NCBI GenBank assembly: GCA_024228355.1
Contig: JAAETN010000394.1
Location: 15,081-79,080, forward strand
Direction: 5' to 3'
DNA: 64,000 bases
Origin: Maribacter sp.
GTDB taxonomy: Bacteria > Bacteroidota > Bacteroidia > Flavobacteriales > Flavobacteriaceae
In this document: piece by piece, positions 27,295 through 37,717 of the stretch
Layout: the number at the start of each line of letters is the position of its first letter
Position numbering within the stretch: position 1 is the stretch's first letter
Translations under genes and position numbers: made by a program
Notes under the pieces: generated by a model
Databases searched by the model: none
Told to the model about the DNA's origin: nothing
What the model saw: only the letters and a program-made list of their open reading frames with translations

Positions 27295-28047
27295 CTACAC
27301 CGTAGCGCCATTTTTTATCCAATCGTATCCTTTATCCTCCAATTCGTGGGCCAATTCCTTATCCCCCGATTTTACAATCTTACCTTCATGCAAAACATGC
27401 ACAAAATCCGGGACTATATAATCCAACAATCTTTGATAATGGGTAATTACGATAACCGCATTATCCTTGCTTTTCAATTTATTCACCCCATTGGCGACAA
27501 TTCTTAACGCATCAATATCAAGTCCAGAATCAGTTTCATCCAATATTGCCAGCTTAGGTTCTAGCATAGCCAGTTGAAAAATCTCATTCCTCTTTTTCTC
27601 ACCTCCTGAAAAACCCTCATTCAAGGAACGGGATAAGAATTTGCGATCTATATCCAATAATTCGGCCTTTTCGCGTATCAATTTCAACATTTGATTTGCT
27701 GGCATATCCTCTAAACCTTTAGCCTTTCGAGTTTCGTTAATTGCAGTCCTAATAAAGTTGGTTACCGAAACACCCGGGATTTCGACAGGGTACTGGAAAG
27801 AAAGGAAAATTCCTTTATGTGCTCTTTCTTCTGGTGCTTGATCTTCTAAATCTTCACCATCTAATACAACGCTCCCTTCGGTAATCTCATATTCTTCCTT
27901 ACCTGCTATCACAGCGGCCAGGGTACTCTTACCAGACCCGTTTGGTCCCATAATCGCATGAACTTCACCTGCGTTTACTTCTAGATTAATCCCATTTAGG
28001 ATCTCGTTATCGTCAATACCTGCATGCAGGTTGTTAATTTTTAACAT
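27295..28047 (-). CDS. sufC: Fe-S assembly ATPase SufC
   Basis: GPNGSGKST, FQYPVEIPGV, GFSGGEKKRNE and LDETDSGLDID motifs; ATG at 28047. Confidence 0.96.
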   Translation of the reverse strand: MLKINNLHAGIDDNEILNGINLEVNAGEVHAIMGPNGSGKSTLAAVIAGKEEYEITEGSVVLDGEDLEDQAPEERAHKGIFLSFQYPVEIPGVSVTNFIRTAINETRKAKGLEDMPANQMLKLIREKAELLDIDRKFLSRSLNEGFSGGEKKRNEIFQLAMLEPKLAILDETDSGLDIDALRIVANGVNKLKSKDNAVIVITHYQRLLDYIVPDFVHVLHEGKIVKSGDKELAHELEDKGYDWIKNGATV

Positions 28048-28069
28048 CTTCAACTTTTTATTATAAATA

Positions 28070-29515
28070 TTATCCAACTGAGCCTTCCAAGCTTATTTCC
28101 AATAGTTTTTGGGCCTCTACAGCAAATTCCATAGGTAATTTGTTCAACACTTCCTTACTAAAACCATTTACAATCAAAGCAATAGCCTTTTCAGTTTCTA
28201 TTCCTCGCTGATTACAGTAAAAAATTTGGTCCTCTCCAATTTTACTGGTAGTTGCTTCGTGCTCTATTTGAGCTGTTTTGTTTTTTGCTTCGATATATGG
28301 GAATGTATGTGCACCACATTCATTCCCCATTAAAAGGGAATCACATTGTGAAAAATTCCTTGCATTCTTTGCCCGACTATTCACTTGTACCAATCCTCGA
28401 TAACTATTTTGTGATTTTCCTGCAGAAATACCTTTGGAAATAATCGTACTTCTTGTATTCTTACCCAAATGTACCATCTTGGTACCTGTATCGGCTTGTT
28501 GATAATTATTGGTTACGGCTATGGAATAGAACTCTCCAATTGAATTATCCCCTTTAAGAATGCAGGATGGGTATTTCCAGGTTACCGCTGACCCAGTTTC
28601 TACCTGAGTCCAAGATATTTTTGCGTTTTTCTCACAAATTCCTCTTTTAGTAACAAAATTGAAAACACCACCTTTTCCGTCCTTATCACCAGGAAACCAG
28701 TTTTGTACCGTTGAGTATTTTATTTCAGCGTCATCTAAGGCAATCAATTCAACCACAGCGGCGTGCAATTGATTTTCATCCCGCGAAGGTGCGGTACAAC
28801 CTTCCAAATAACTTACATAGCTTCCTTTGTCTGCAATAACAAGTGTTCTTTCAAACTGACCGGTTCCTGCTTGGTTAATTCTAAAATAAGTGGATAATTC
28901 CATTGGGCATCGTACTCCCTTTGGAATGTAACAGAATGATCCATCAGAGAATACGGCCGAGTTTAAGGCCGCATAAAAATTATCTTTTTGGGGAACTACA
29001 GAACCAATATATTTCTTGACAAGTTCAGGATGTTCCTTGATAGCCTCCGAAATAGAACAAAATATAATTCCTTTTTCGGCCAGCGTCTTTTTAAAAGTAG
29101 TAGCAACAGAAACGGAGTCCATAACAATATCAACGGCGACTCCGGCCAATTTTTTTTGCTCGTCCAAAGAAATACCTAATTTTTTGAAAGTATCGAGCAA
29201 TTCTGGATCTACCTCATCCAAACTGTTGTATTTGGGTTTGCTGTTAGGTGCAGAATAATACGAAATAGCCTGAAAATCCGGTTTTTGATAGGTAACGTTG
29301 GCCCATTCTGGCTCTTCCATTTTCTTCCAAACCTTAAAAGCCTCCAAACGCCATTCGGTCATCCAACTGGGCTCGTCTTTCTTTTTGGAAATAGCTACGA
29401 CGATATCCTCGTTTAATCCCACTGGTAGGGTATCGGATTCAATATCGGTATAGAAACCATATTCATATTCCTTGGTTTCGAGCTCTTTCTTTAATTCCTC
29501 TTCGGTATATGCCAT
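28070..29515 (-). CDS. sufB: Fe-S scaffold SufB
   Basis: [27 protein letters not shown] and EHEATTSKI motifs. Confidence 0.97.
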   Translation of the reverse strand: MAYTEEELKKELETKEYEYGFYTDIESDTLPVGLNEDIVVAISKKKDEPSWMTEWRLEAFKVWKKMEEPEWANVTYQKPDFQAISYYSAPNSKPKYNSLDEVDPELLDTFKKLGISLDEQKKLAGVAVDIVMDSVSVATTFKKTLAEKGIIFCSISEAIKEHPELVKKYIGSVVPQKDNFYAALNSAVFSDGSFCYIPKGVRCPMELSTYFRINQAGTGQFERTLVIADKGSYVSYLEGCTAPSRDENQLHAAVVELIALDDAEIKYSTVQNWFPGDKDGKGGVFNFVTKRGICEKNAKISWTQVETGSAVTWKYPSCILKGDNSIGEFYSIAVTNNYQQADTGTKMVHLGKNTRSTIISKGISAGKSQNSYRGLVQVNSRAKNARNFSQCDSLLMGNECGAHTFPYIEAKNKTAQIEHEATTSKIGEDQIFYCNQRGIETEKAIALIVNGFSKEVLNKLPMEFAVEAQKLLEISLEGSVG

Positions 29516-29524
29516 TTATTCCTT

Positions 29525-29854
29525 TTATAATGAAAAACTCTCACCACACCCACAGGTGCGCTGTGCATTGGGATTATTGAATACAAATCCTTTTCCGTTC
29601 AACCCTCCTGAATATTCCAAAACCGTTCCTACGAGATATAAAAAACTTTTCTTATCAACTAAAATACGAACTGCGTTATCCTCAAAAACTTTGTCGGATT
29701 CATTGATTTTGTTATCAAAATTCAATTCATATGACAATCCACTGCATCCTCCGCTCTTAACGCCAACCCGAACATAGTCCTTCGTAGCATCAAAGCCTTC
29801 CTCAATCATAAGGCTGATCACCCTTTGTTTTGCCTTTTCTGAAACTTGTATCAT
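29525..29854 (-). CDS. sufA: A-type Fe-S carrier (HesB/IscA/SufA)
   Basis: GGCSGLSY and NPNA..TCGCGESF motifs. Confidence 0.9.
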   Translation of the reverse strand: MIQVSEKAKQRVISLMIEEGFDATKDYVRVGVKSGGCSGLSYELNFDNKINESDKVFEDNAVRILVDKKSFLYLVGTVLEYSGGLNGKGFVFNNPNAQRTCGCGESFSL

Positions 29855-29878
29855 ATTAAATTTTAATTAACCCAATCC

Positions 29879-29913
29879 TTATTTGTTTCGATTCTAAATA
29901 GTTTACAAATATA
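29879..29913 (-). promoter_or_regulatory. suf operon promoter: TATATTTG -7 box followed by a Fur-box-like imperfect palindrome
   Basis: Minus strand TATATTTG (29913-29906), then ATTTAGAATCGAAACAAAT (29899-29881). Confidence 0.55.
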
Positions 29914-30103
29914 GGTTTTAAGTAGGGTTATACAACAATTCCTAACATTATTATAACGAATGGATTCATAAGGTTTTTCTATGAAGATGAAACATAGGTC
30001 CCAAAGTAGATTTAAGGAAATGCGTAGATGTTAGGGCCATTGTGGTCAAAGAAATTAAATTACTACTGTGATATTTTTATCCTGATTTTTAATGGGAGTA
30101 TAT

Positions 30104-31744
30104 CTAGTAAAGCTCTTCATAGTATTGTGACGCCATTCTCTTGGAAGTAAATTCGGGCACGACATCATCGATACTATTAAAAACTATTTGTTGCCATTTT
30201 TCTGGATTTTCATAATAAGCTGGCAAAACATCGTTTTCGAGTATGTCATACAAATTATCACTATCTATTTTGTCCTGATCCCAAGTTGGCAAGTTGTGAT
30301 CTATTTCAGGGAAAATAAAAGAATTTTCGCCGTCTTTGGCGAATTCGGGTATCCACCCATCATTGGTCGAAACATTCACTGAACCGTTCATAGCCGCAGT
30401 CATACCACTCGTACCTGATGCTTCCCTGGTAATTCTGGGCGTATTGAGCCAAATGTCGGAACCTTCCTTTAGTTTTCGAGACAACTCAATTTCATAGCCA
30501 ATCAACACAGCTAGGTTGTGTTTGTATTTAGTATAATTCACTAAATGGTTAAAAATGTCTATCGCATAATAATCATGGGGATAAGGTTTGCCGGCCCAAA
30601 TGATTTGCACAGGGTATTTTTTATTGTTGATTAATCTTTCGAACCTTTCCAAATCATAAAGCAACAAATCAGCTCTCTTATAACCTGCAAAACGCCTAGC
30701 CCAGACGATTGTCAAAACATTGGGGTCGAAAAGCTTTTCAGTTTGGTTCAATACTTCATCGAACAACTCTTTTTTAAGTTCGTTTTTTCTTTGTCTGTAC
30801 ATTTTGGCATCCTTCTTTTCATGGGCTGTTTCGACCACTGGGTCCTGCCAAAAATTCTGGTTTTGAGCATTGGTAATCGGAATTATTTTGCTAACCCCAT
30901 TGTAATCTTTCCACATGTTCCGGGATACCTTGGAATGCAATTTGGAAACGGCATTTGCTTTTTTTGAAAGTCTTAGGGCAGATACTGTATAATTGATCAT
31001 TCCACCATTGACCATCTCATTCGCCAATTCTTCGTCTGAAAAATATCTACCGAAAAAGCCACAACGGTTCAAATGGCGTCCATCTCTCTCCTCATTCCCA
31101 GCTTTTTCGGGTGTGTGTGTAGTAAATACCATTTGGTCTTTTTTTACACCTTTATCCCTTAGATAATAAAAGGCGGGTAAGGCATGTCCCTCATTCAAAT
31201 GATATACATCCGCCCCTCCCAAGGCCTCAACCACTTTGGCGCCGCCAATACCCAAAACTATACTCTGGGAAATACGGGTCAAATGATTGGCATCGTACAG
31301 ATGATGGGTAATGGTTTTGGACAGATAGTCGTTTCCTTCAACATCGGTAGTCAACAGGTAAATGGGTACTGTTCCAAATATTTCAGGCTTTAAAACCATT
31401 GCACGAACTTTTACCGCAGGATTATCATGCAGTTTTATCTCTACCTCAATTCCTGAATCTTCCAAAAAATTATAGGTTTTTTCAATAAAATTGGTTTTGA
31501 GGGTTTGGTCTCCGTTCCTATCTTGATCGTAGTAGCCATATTTCCAAAGTATGCCGATCCCAATCATATTTTGTTTATTTTCAAAAGCCGATCGCATATG
31601 CGATCCAGCCAAAAAACCGAGACCTCCCGAATATATTTTAAGGGCTTGGTGAATACCGAATTCCATACTGAAATAAGCTACCTTCTTTTCGAATTCTTTT
31701 ACAGGGGTATACGGTAAGTGCCATTTATTGTATTCTGATATCAT
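30104..31744 (-). CDS. glgP: Short alpha-glucan phosphorylase (GT35/GlgP-like) with Thr at the PLP-Lys position
   Basis: YFSMEFG, YSGGLGFLAG, HLNEGH, FTTHTP, WARRFAGYKR and EASGTSGMT motifs. Confidence 0.85.
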   Translation of the reverse strand: MISEYNKWHLPYTPVKEFEKKVAYFSMEFGIHQALKIYSGGLGFLAGSHMRSAFENKQNMIGIGILWKYGYYDQDRNGDQTLKTNFIEKTYNFLEDSGIEVEIKLHDNPAVKVRAMVLKPEIFGTVPIYLLTTDVEGNDYLSKTITHHLYDANHLTRISQSIVLGIGGAKVVEALGGADVYHLNEGHALPAFYYLRDKGVKKDQMVFTTHTPEKAGNEERDGRHLNRCGFFGRYFSDEELANEMVNGGMINYTVSALRLSKKANAVSKLHSKVSRNMWKDYNGVSKIIPITNAQNQNFWQDPVVETAHEKKDAKMYRQRKNELKKELFDEVLNQTEKLFDPNVLTIVWARRFAGYKRADLLLYDLERFERLINNKKYPVQIIWAGKPYPHDYYAIDIFNHLVNYTKYKHNLAVLIGYEIELSRKLKEGSDIWLNTPRITREASGTSGMTAAMNGSVNVSTNDGWIPEFAKDGENSFIFPEIDHNLPTWDQDKIDSDNLYDILENDVLPAYYENPEKWQQIVFNSIDDVVPEFTSKRMASQYYEELY

Positions 31745-31954
31745 ATTTAGTATTTTTAAGGCGCAAAATTAATCATTATGCCTATTTAATGAGTATAAAA
31801 AGCCGAAAACTAGTTGGTAATTGTAGGGTTATTTGAAGATTTCAATTAAGTAACCCCAAAATTCAATTATTAACAGGATTAAAGGGGTATAACAAGGAAT
31901 TATAAAAAGTTTATTTGAGTTAAAAGTAGTTACTCCCGTAAAGTAAATACAAAC

Positions 31955-33310
31955 TTAATTTATCTTGATGACCAATACATCTGACATTCCCTTATTATGA
32001 AGATTAGGAATATCAATACTTGCACTTTCTCCCACGATCAGTATGCTAGCATCTGTATTTTCCATAACATCGAAACCATAGTCCAAATCGGCACCACCAA
32101 AGGTCTGCTGCCAAATTAAATCTCCGTTAAAATTGGTCTTGATAATCCACAAGTCGTTTTCACCCTTATTGGATCTTGCATCAAAATCCGAGCTTTTAGA
32201 ATTGCCGGTAATGATAAAACCTCCATCGGCACTAGCGCATATACCTTGGGCTGCATCAAATTTTGTACCCCCAAAGGTCTTTTCCCATCTGAGCTCTCCA
32301 TCATCATCGATCTTTATCAACCAAACATCCGAATCCCCGTTATTTACGGAAATATCTGTGTCACTACTAAATGTATTGCCCGTAATTACGTAACCATTGT
32401 CTGAAGTTTTGGCAATATCATAGGAAATCTCAATGCCAGACCCTCCGAACGAGCGTTCCCACACCAAATTACCCGTATTTGTAATTTTTACCACCCAGAA
32501 ATCATAACTGCCCTTGGTATCACTAATATCAAAATCATTACTTTCAGAAAAGCCAGTCATTACAAAACCACCATCATTGGACTGAACAACTGCATGTGCC
32601 CTATCATTATTGGTTCCCCCAAAGTACTTTCGCCATTGAATGTTGCCCTGGGCATCAATCTTTGTACCCCAAAACTCCCCTACACCATGTCGGGTTAGAT
32701 ATTGTCCTTTCCCGTTATACCCATCGGACCGAGCAGCAGTTATATCCAAAAAGCCAATAAAAAAGTAACCCCCGTCTTGGGTTTGTATAATATCATACGA
32801 ATGGTCATGGCCAGAAAAACCAAAACTTTTTTCCCATTCTATAATTCCAGAAGGATCTAATTTTAGTATCCAATTATCATGAAAGCCTTCATTATTACTA
32901 CCATCCCCGTCATCACTCATGGCATAGCCAGTAAGTATATAACCGCCATCTTTCGTTTGAGCCAAAGATTGACCTCTGTCATCTTTACTGCCGCCATACG
33001 TTCTATTCCACTCAAGAGTTCCAAAAGTATCGAACTTTAATAACCAATAATCATTTACGGTAGTCGTCTTTCCTACAATATCACCATCCATGCTATTCGA
33101 ATACCCCAATACGGCATAACCACCATCTATAGTTGAAATTATGGCCTGAGCCGTTTCCTCCCCTGAACCTCCAAAACTCTTCAACCATTCCACTTCACCA
33201 AGAAATTCAAACTGCTCTTCTACAATTGGGTCTAGGGTATTATTGTTTACATCGTCTATAGAGCAGCCAACAAAAGCCAGGAGAATAAATATGTGATTGA
33301 ACTTCCGCAT
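31955..33310 (-). CDS. Lipoprotein with seven W-x-K-x-FGG repeats (probable 7-blade beta-propeller)
   Basis: Lipobox FVGC-SIDD; repeats WLKSFGG, WNRTYGG, WEKSFGF, WRKYFGG, WERSFGG, WEKTFGG and WQQTFGG. Confidence 0.8.
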   Translation of the reverse strand: MRKFNHIFILLAFVGCSIDDVNNNTLDPIVEEQFEFLGEVEWLKSFGGSGEETAQAIISTIDGGYAVLGYSNSMDGDIVGKTTTVNDYWLLKFDTFGTLEWNRTYGGSKDDRGQSLAQTKDGGYILTGYAMSDDGDGSNNEGFHDNWILKLDPSGIIEWEKSFGFSGHDHSYDIIQTQDGGYFFIGFLDITAARSDGYNGKGQYLTRHGVGEFWGTKIDAQGNIQWRKYFGGTNNDRAHAVVQSNDGGFVMTGFSESNDFDISDTKGSYDFWVVKITNTGNLVWERSFGGSGIEISYDIAKTSDNGYVITGNTFSSDTDISVNNGDSDVWLIKIDDDGELRWEKTFGGTKFDAAQGICASADGGFIITGNSKSSDFDARSNKGENDLWIIKTNFNGDLIWQQTFGGADLDYGFDVMENTDASILIVGESASIDIPNLHNKGMSDVLVIKIN

Positions 33311-34545
33311 TATTCTGACTTTTTTATCACAAACAATCCAGAGTTGATGTCGCTAACAATAATCTTCCCACTTGAAAAATAAGGGTAAACGCTCCATACG
33401 CCATCAAAACCAGCACTATTGTTGGACGGGAAAGTATCGAAAAAGCCTTCTTCAGAAATACTTTTATTGGCAATGTCGGAAATATCCAAAACACGAACTC
33501 CGGCTCGATAATTTGCCAAGAAATATTGATCCCCTAATACATACCCGTTATGATCAATAGCTGTTGTTTGTCCTGAATACGAAGTATGTAAAATAGGATT
33601 GTCCAAATCTAAAAGGTCAAAAACCAAGGTACGAGAGTCGAAACCAAAGTTCACTTCATCCAACTCATCGCCTAGAATTAAATAGCGATGTTCTTCGGTA
33701 AACCATCCTTGATGGGTATAGGCAAGATTGGAATATCCAAAAGTAGATATCCCTATGGGACTGTCCTTATCGGTTACATTGACAATAGCCACTTGGTTTT
33801 CATTGGCGCCCACAAATATCTCGGCACCTGCATAATCCGCATCCGGACCATTGTAGGTGATAACCTGTGCATCATGGGTATAACCGTTTGCCCCATATCC
33901 TCCCGCAGAAACTGGGTTCTTCGGATCTTGTAAATTCACAAAATGAACTCCGCCATTAAATGTATCATCCCTCGCGGTTCCTACAGGAAAGGCAAATCCG
34001 GTATCTTCATTGATTACCACATTATGCGCATTGCCAAAACCTGAGTAAAGCCCATCGTCATTAAAAACTTCAGGTGCATTAGAAACATTACGCAAACGCG
34101 TTAAATCAAAAACCTGCATACCATGGTCGTCAGCTTCAGAAACAATATAGGCATGGTTTTGATATACCTTAATATCACGCCACGAACTGGAACTTGTGGC
34201 AGAAGGAAGTTTGCCTAAATAAATAAGATTTTCGGTGTCGGTTATGTCAACAAAGGCGGTGCCGTTGTTCAGACCCATTAAGGCATATTCCTTATTGGTA
34301 TCTGGGTCCGTCCATCCCCACACATCATTTCCTGCAGTTGCGCTGAATTCTGAAAGCGAAATGCTCCCCATTAAATCGTAACCATTACAAGGGTAGATCC
34401 CGGCCATGCCATTTTCACATGGTGTAAATCCGGTTACAGGTTCAGAATCTAATTGACCATCATTTTCGGAATTGCCATCGTCACTGGAACAACCTAATAA
34501 AAGAAGGCCACATGTCAAGAGTAGGTAGAACTTATTCTTAATCAT
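33310..34545 (-). CDS. Choice-of-anchor B-like (LVIVD-repeat) lipoprotein
   Basis: Lipobox LLGC-SSDD; GNDVWGW, WRDIKVY, HGMQVFDL, YTHQGW, IDHNGYV and GVWSVYPY motifs. Confidence 0.8.
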   Translation of the reverse strand: MIKNKFYLLLTCGLLLLGCSSDDGNSENDGQLDSEPVTGFTPCENGMAGIYPCNGYDLMGSISLSEFSATAGNDVWGWTDPDTNKEYALMGLNNGTAFVDITDTENLIYLGKLPSATSSSSWRDIKVYQNHAYIVSEADDHGMQVFDLTRLRNVSNAPEVFNDDGLYSGFGNAHNVVINEDTGFAFPVGTARDDTFNGGVHFVNLQDPKNPVSAGGYGANGYTHDAQVITYNGPDADYAGAEIFVGANENQVAIVNVTDKDSPIGISTFGYSNLAYTHQGWFTEEHRYLILGDELDEVNFGFDSRTLVFDLLDLDNPILHTSYSGQTTAIDHNGYVLGDQYFLANYRAGVRVLDISDIANKSISEEGFFDTFPSNNSAGFDGVWSVYPYFSSGKIIVSDINSGLFVIKKSE

Positions 34546-34635
34546 AGCATTGATTTTAGTTCTTTTCTACCAAAGATAAGATTTATAAATAACCTTAATT
34601 TTTTTTAAAGGGAATTCTTAACAGAAATGATACAA

Positions 34636-37569
34636 TTAGGGTGATTCAAGCCCAAGGTCATCATTGGGTTTTTTTGTCATTGTATACCATGCTTCTGTTG
34701 ACCATAGTGATTGGTCATTTTGACTCTTTATAGGTTTCTTTATGTGGATATAAACTACTCTACCTTCTTTAATTCCCTCAATTTCCAAGAAAACTTTTCG
34801 CCCATTATCCGATAAATCCACTGAAACAAGTTTTAAATTTTCTTCTCCCATTTTGGGGCCACCGTACTGATCTGTTGCCATATAATAATACTGTTGTACA
34901 TCAAAATCTTCAATACCCAATTGTATATGGGATGCTACAGGTTCGGTCAGCTCTATTTCCATTCCATTACTTTTTGCTCTGACAGCCAACATCTCGAAAG
35001 TTGATTTTTCGTTATAATTAAAACGATGAAGTGCATACCACAGACGACCCTCATGTCTCCAATTACCCCCGGATCCAACACCACCTGCATATAAATTACC
35101 ATCTGGACCCCAAACCGTTCTATTTATACCGGCGTCCAATCCTTGGATAAAACGGAAAGCCGCCCCTTGCTTTATACCATCTACCTCATCTATAAAAACC
35201 CTTTTTATTCCGCCATGGGTGACATCTCCATGAATCATTTGATTCTTATAAGGACCAATATTCAAAATTGCAGGCTGGCTGGGTGAATTACTAATTTCTC
35301 CATGAGGCAACCATACCAGAGGCGGATCTTCTTTGTAATCCTTCACGCGCTCCCAATCGGCATGTTTAAAACCATAGAATTTACCTTTCTCTACACGGAC
35401 AATTTTACTTGTTGGTATCCAATTTCCTTGATTATCAGCAACATAAAGCGCGCCATCGGGACCTTCGGCAATACCGTTTGGTGTTCTAAAACCTTCAGCA
35501 ATAAACTCAATTTCGCTTCCATCCTTGCTAATTCGAACTACTTTACCCCTATGTTCCACATCTTTAAATTCAGAACCCAAATCGGTGGCCAATGTCGCAT
35601 AAAAACTACCTTCTTTAAACACCAAGCCAAAAGCGAATTCGTGATAGTGTGAGGTAACATTCCATGAATCGCACACTTTTTGGTATTCATCAATGATTTC
35701 ATCACCGTTGGTATCTACCAATTTGGTGAGTTCTTGTTTTTGCAATACGAACAATTCACCATCAATATATTTTATCCCCAAAGGTTCCGCCAGTCCTTTT
35801 GCAATTTGTTTTACCTCAATAGACTCAGGGTCATCGGTGTTATAGTTTTTTAAAATATAAACAGCTCCAGTCTCGTCCCAGGTACAAATCACCATTTTAT
35901 CCTTATCGATAAAATCTATCCCTCCTATCCGTGGGTGAAAATCGGCTGGTTTAGCTTGGTACATATCAAAGGAAGGATGAACAGCGTTTAATGACAATTG
36001 ATCCCCTGGTGTTTTGCTCGCAGCTTTTGGAACATAAGGTGAAAGCCTTCTAAATGCCGTAGCATCGTGGTAAAAAACAGAATCTGGAACTATTGTATAT
36101 GCTTCGCCATCGTCTGACCATTGCAATGAGAGTCCGTATCCCCCTCCACCTTGGTGAAACTGTAAAAGAAACTCATTCCAACCTTCATTCAATATCGTTT
36201 TTGCACTAACTGCCTCGGGGGCATGATATCCTCTATTATCCACTATTTCCTGTCCATTAAGTTTAAGAACAGAACCATCATCACTAATCAATCGAAACGT
36301 TTTTTCGACTTGGGATTCAGACTTGATGTACCCACTGAAATCCATATAAAAATTCTCTCTGATTTCTCCCAAAACTCCTGAAGTTGGCATATGTATCGCA
36401 GGAGTAACCGCATTATAAATTGGGAGGGTGCTTTTGGTCAATTCCTCATAAAGATTACCACTGTCATCCTGCAAATAGAAATTGGTCGCGACCCCTTTTT
36501 TCTTTAAGTACTGCTCCCCTATGGTTCTGTCAATATTGTCCAATTCAATGGGTATATCAGGGGTGTCCAAAGCAATGTCCACAGTCCTACTAGGTGGTTC
36601 AGGTTCTCCATCCAATGACAGAATATAATAGGACATTTTTTGGGTATCGGCCTTTGAGAGGTCGGGATGGGCCGTCATCAGAAGATTTCCCCAAACACCA
36701 GTACCCCCTAGTTTGATTTTGTCCGCAAGCATATCAACATTCGTCCAATCAAAAGGATATCTTTTGGCAATGGAATCATACGCTGGGCCTACCAAATTTT
36801 CGTTGATCAAATGGCAAGCCTTGCAATCGCTCTGCTCAGCCAATTGCATGCCATCGGAAATAAGACCCAAATAATCAATAACAGGTGGTTTCCAATCTTT
36901 CGGAATTTGAGTGAAATAAGTTTCTATTATTGTGTTACCCGTTATTTCCAATTCATTTGAAACTTCAGTACGATGACCTCCCACAATCAATTCATTCCCA
37001 ACAACCCCTGATTTCAAATTATAGTTCAACAAAGGGATAATTTCATCGGACGATCTTTCAAGAATATGAAAATTTCTGACCATACCTATTGTACTGTCCT
37101 TTAGGCCAACTTCTGGTATTTCACGAATTCTTATTGATTCTCCTGATTTTGACATCAGTTCAAAATCAAGACCCACCTGACCCTTGATTAGGGAATATCC
37201 TAAATAATTAATATCCGGGATTTCAACTGCTTCATTTGTCTTTAAACCCCATTGGGTTTTTAGCGAATCATCTTGCATATAGGGATATCCGAAACTGGTA
37301 GGTTGAATTCCATGAGCTGTGGTATAAACCGCCCCATCATAATTGACCCCTCCTTTCCAGATTTTATACAAATTGCCAGATTGCAAGTTGTAACAGGCAT
37401 AAAGATCTTTATGAAGGGCTACGGTGAGCATTCTGGGTTGCTTGTCCATTACCGAGCGAAAGACCCAATTATCAACAGGGCGATCGTATTCAATTGTTTT
37501 TTCACATGAGGCAGAACCAACTATCATTATCATGATTATTAATAGTTGATAAGGAAAGGTTTTTTTCAT
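34636..37569 (-). CDS. Exported multidomain protein: cytochrome c, PA14 and a sorbosone-dehydrogenase-like propeller
   Basis: CKACH heme motif with VGPAY and GGTGVWG..M; PA14-like FRLISDDGS; propeller motifs GFRTPNGI and DNQGNW. Confidence 0.8.
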   Translation of the reverse strand: MKKTFPYQLLIIMIMIVGSASCEKTIEYDRPVDNWVFRSVMDKQPRMLTVALHKDLYACYNLQSGNLYKIWKGGVNYDGAVYTTAHGIQPTSFGYPYMQDDSLKTQWGLKTNEAVEIPDINYLGYSLIKGQVGLDFELMSKSGESIRIREIPEVGLKDSTIGMVRNFHILERSSDEIIPLLNYNLKSGVVGNELIVGGHRTEVSNELEITGNTIIETYFTQIPKDWKPPVIDYLGLISDGMQLAEQSDCKACHLINENLVGPAYDSIAKRYPFDWTNVDMLADKIKLGGTGVWGNLLMTAHPDLSKADTQKMSYYILSLDGEPEPPSRTVDIALDTPDIPIELDNIDRTIGEQYLKKKGVATNFYLQDDSGNLYEELTKSTLPIYNAVTPAIHMPTSGVLGEIRENFYMDFSGYIKSESQVEKTFRLISDDGSVLKLNGQEIVDNRGYHAPEAVSAKTILNEGWNEFLLQFHQGGGGYGLSLQWSDDGEAYTIVPDSVFYHDATAFRRLSPYVPKAASKTPGDQLSLNAVHPSFDMYQAKPADFHPRIGGIDFIDKDKMVICTWDETGAVYILKNYNTDDPESIEVKQIAKGLAEPLGIKYIDGELFVLQKQELTKLVDTNGDEIIDEYQKVCDSWNVTSHYHEFAFGLVFKEGSFYATLATDLGSEFKDVEHRGKVVRISKDGSEIEFIAEGFRTPNGIAEGPDGALYVADNQGNWIPTSKIVRVEKGKFYGFKHADWERVKDYKEDPPLVWLPHGEISNSPSQPAILNIGPYKNQMIHGDVTHGGIKRVFIDEVDGIKQGAAFRFIQGLDAGINRTVWGPDGNLYAGGVGSGGNWRHEGRLWYALHRFNYNEKSTFEMLAVRAKSNGMEIELTEPVASHIQLGIEDFDVQQYYYMATDQYGGPKMGEENLKLVSVDLSDNGRKVFLEIEGIKEGRVVYIHIKKPIKSQNDQSLWSTEAWYTMTKKPNDDLGLESP

Positions 37570-37717
37570 GGTATTGGCATTTATATTGCTATAAAGCTAA
37601 CAGATAATCGTAGACCTCCAAGTAAATTGAAGGCCATATTTGTTGAAAGGTCTTTTAAGGCCTCCCTTTATTCTTGATTTCAAGGCTTGTTTTACAATTA
37701 CTACCTATTTTTGCCAA

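Noticed and set aside
29915-29927. Reverse complement of the sRNA 3' motif (TTAAGTAGG) near the suf promoter
   Set aside because: It lies upstream of the suf -7 box, so it is not in the mRNA, and on the coding strand it has the same sense as the sRNA; likely chance
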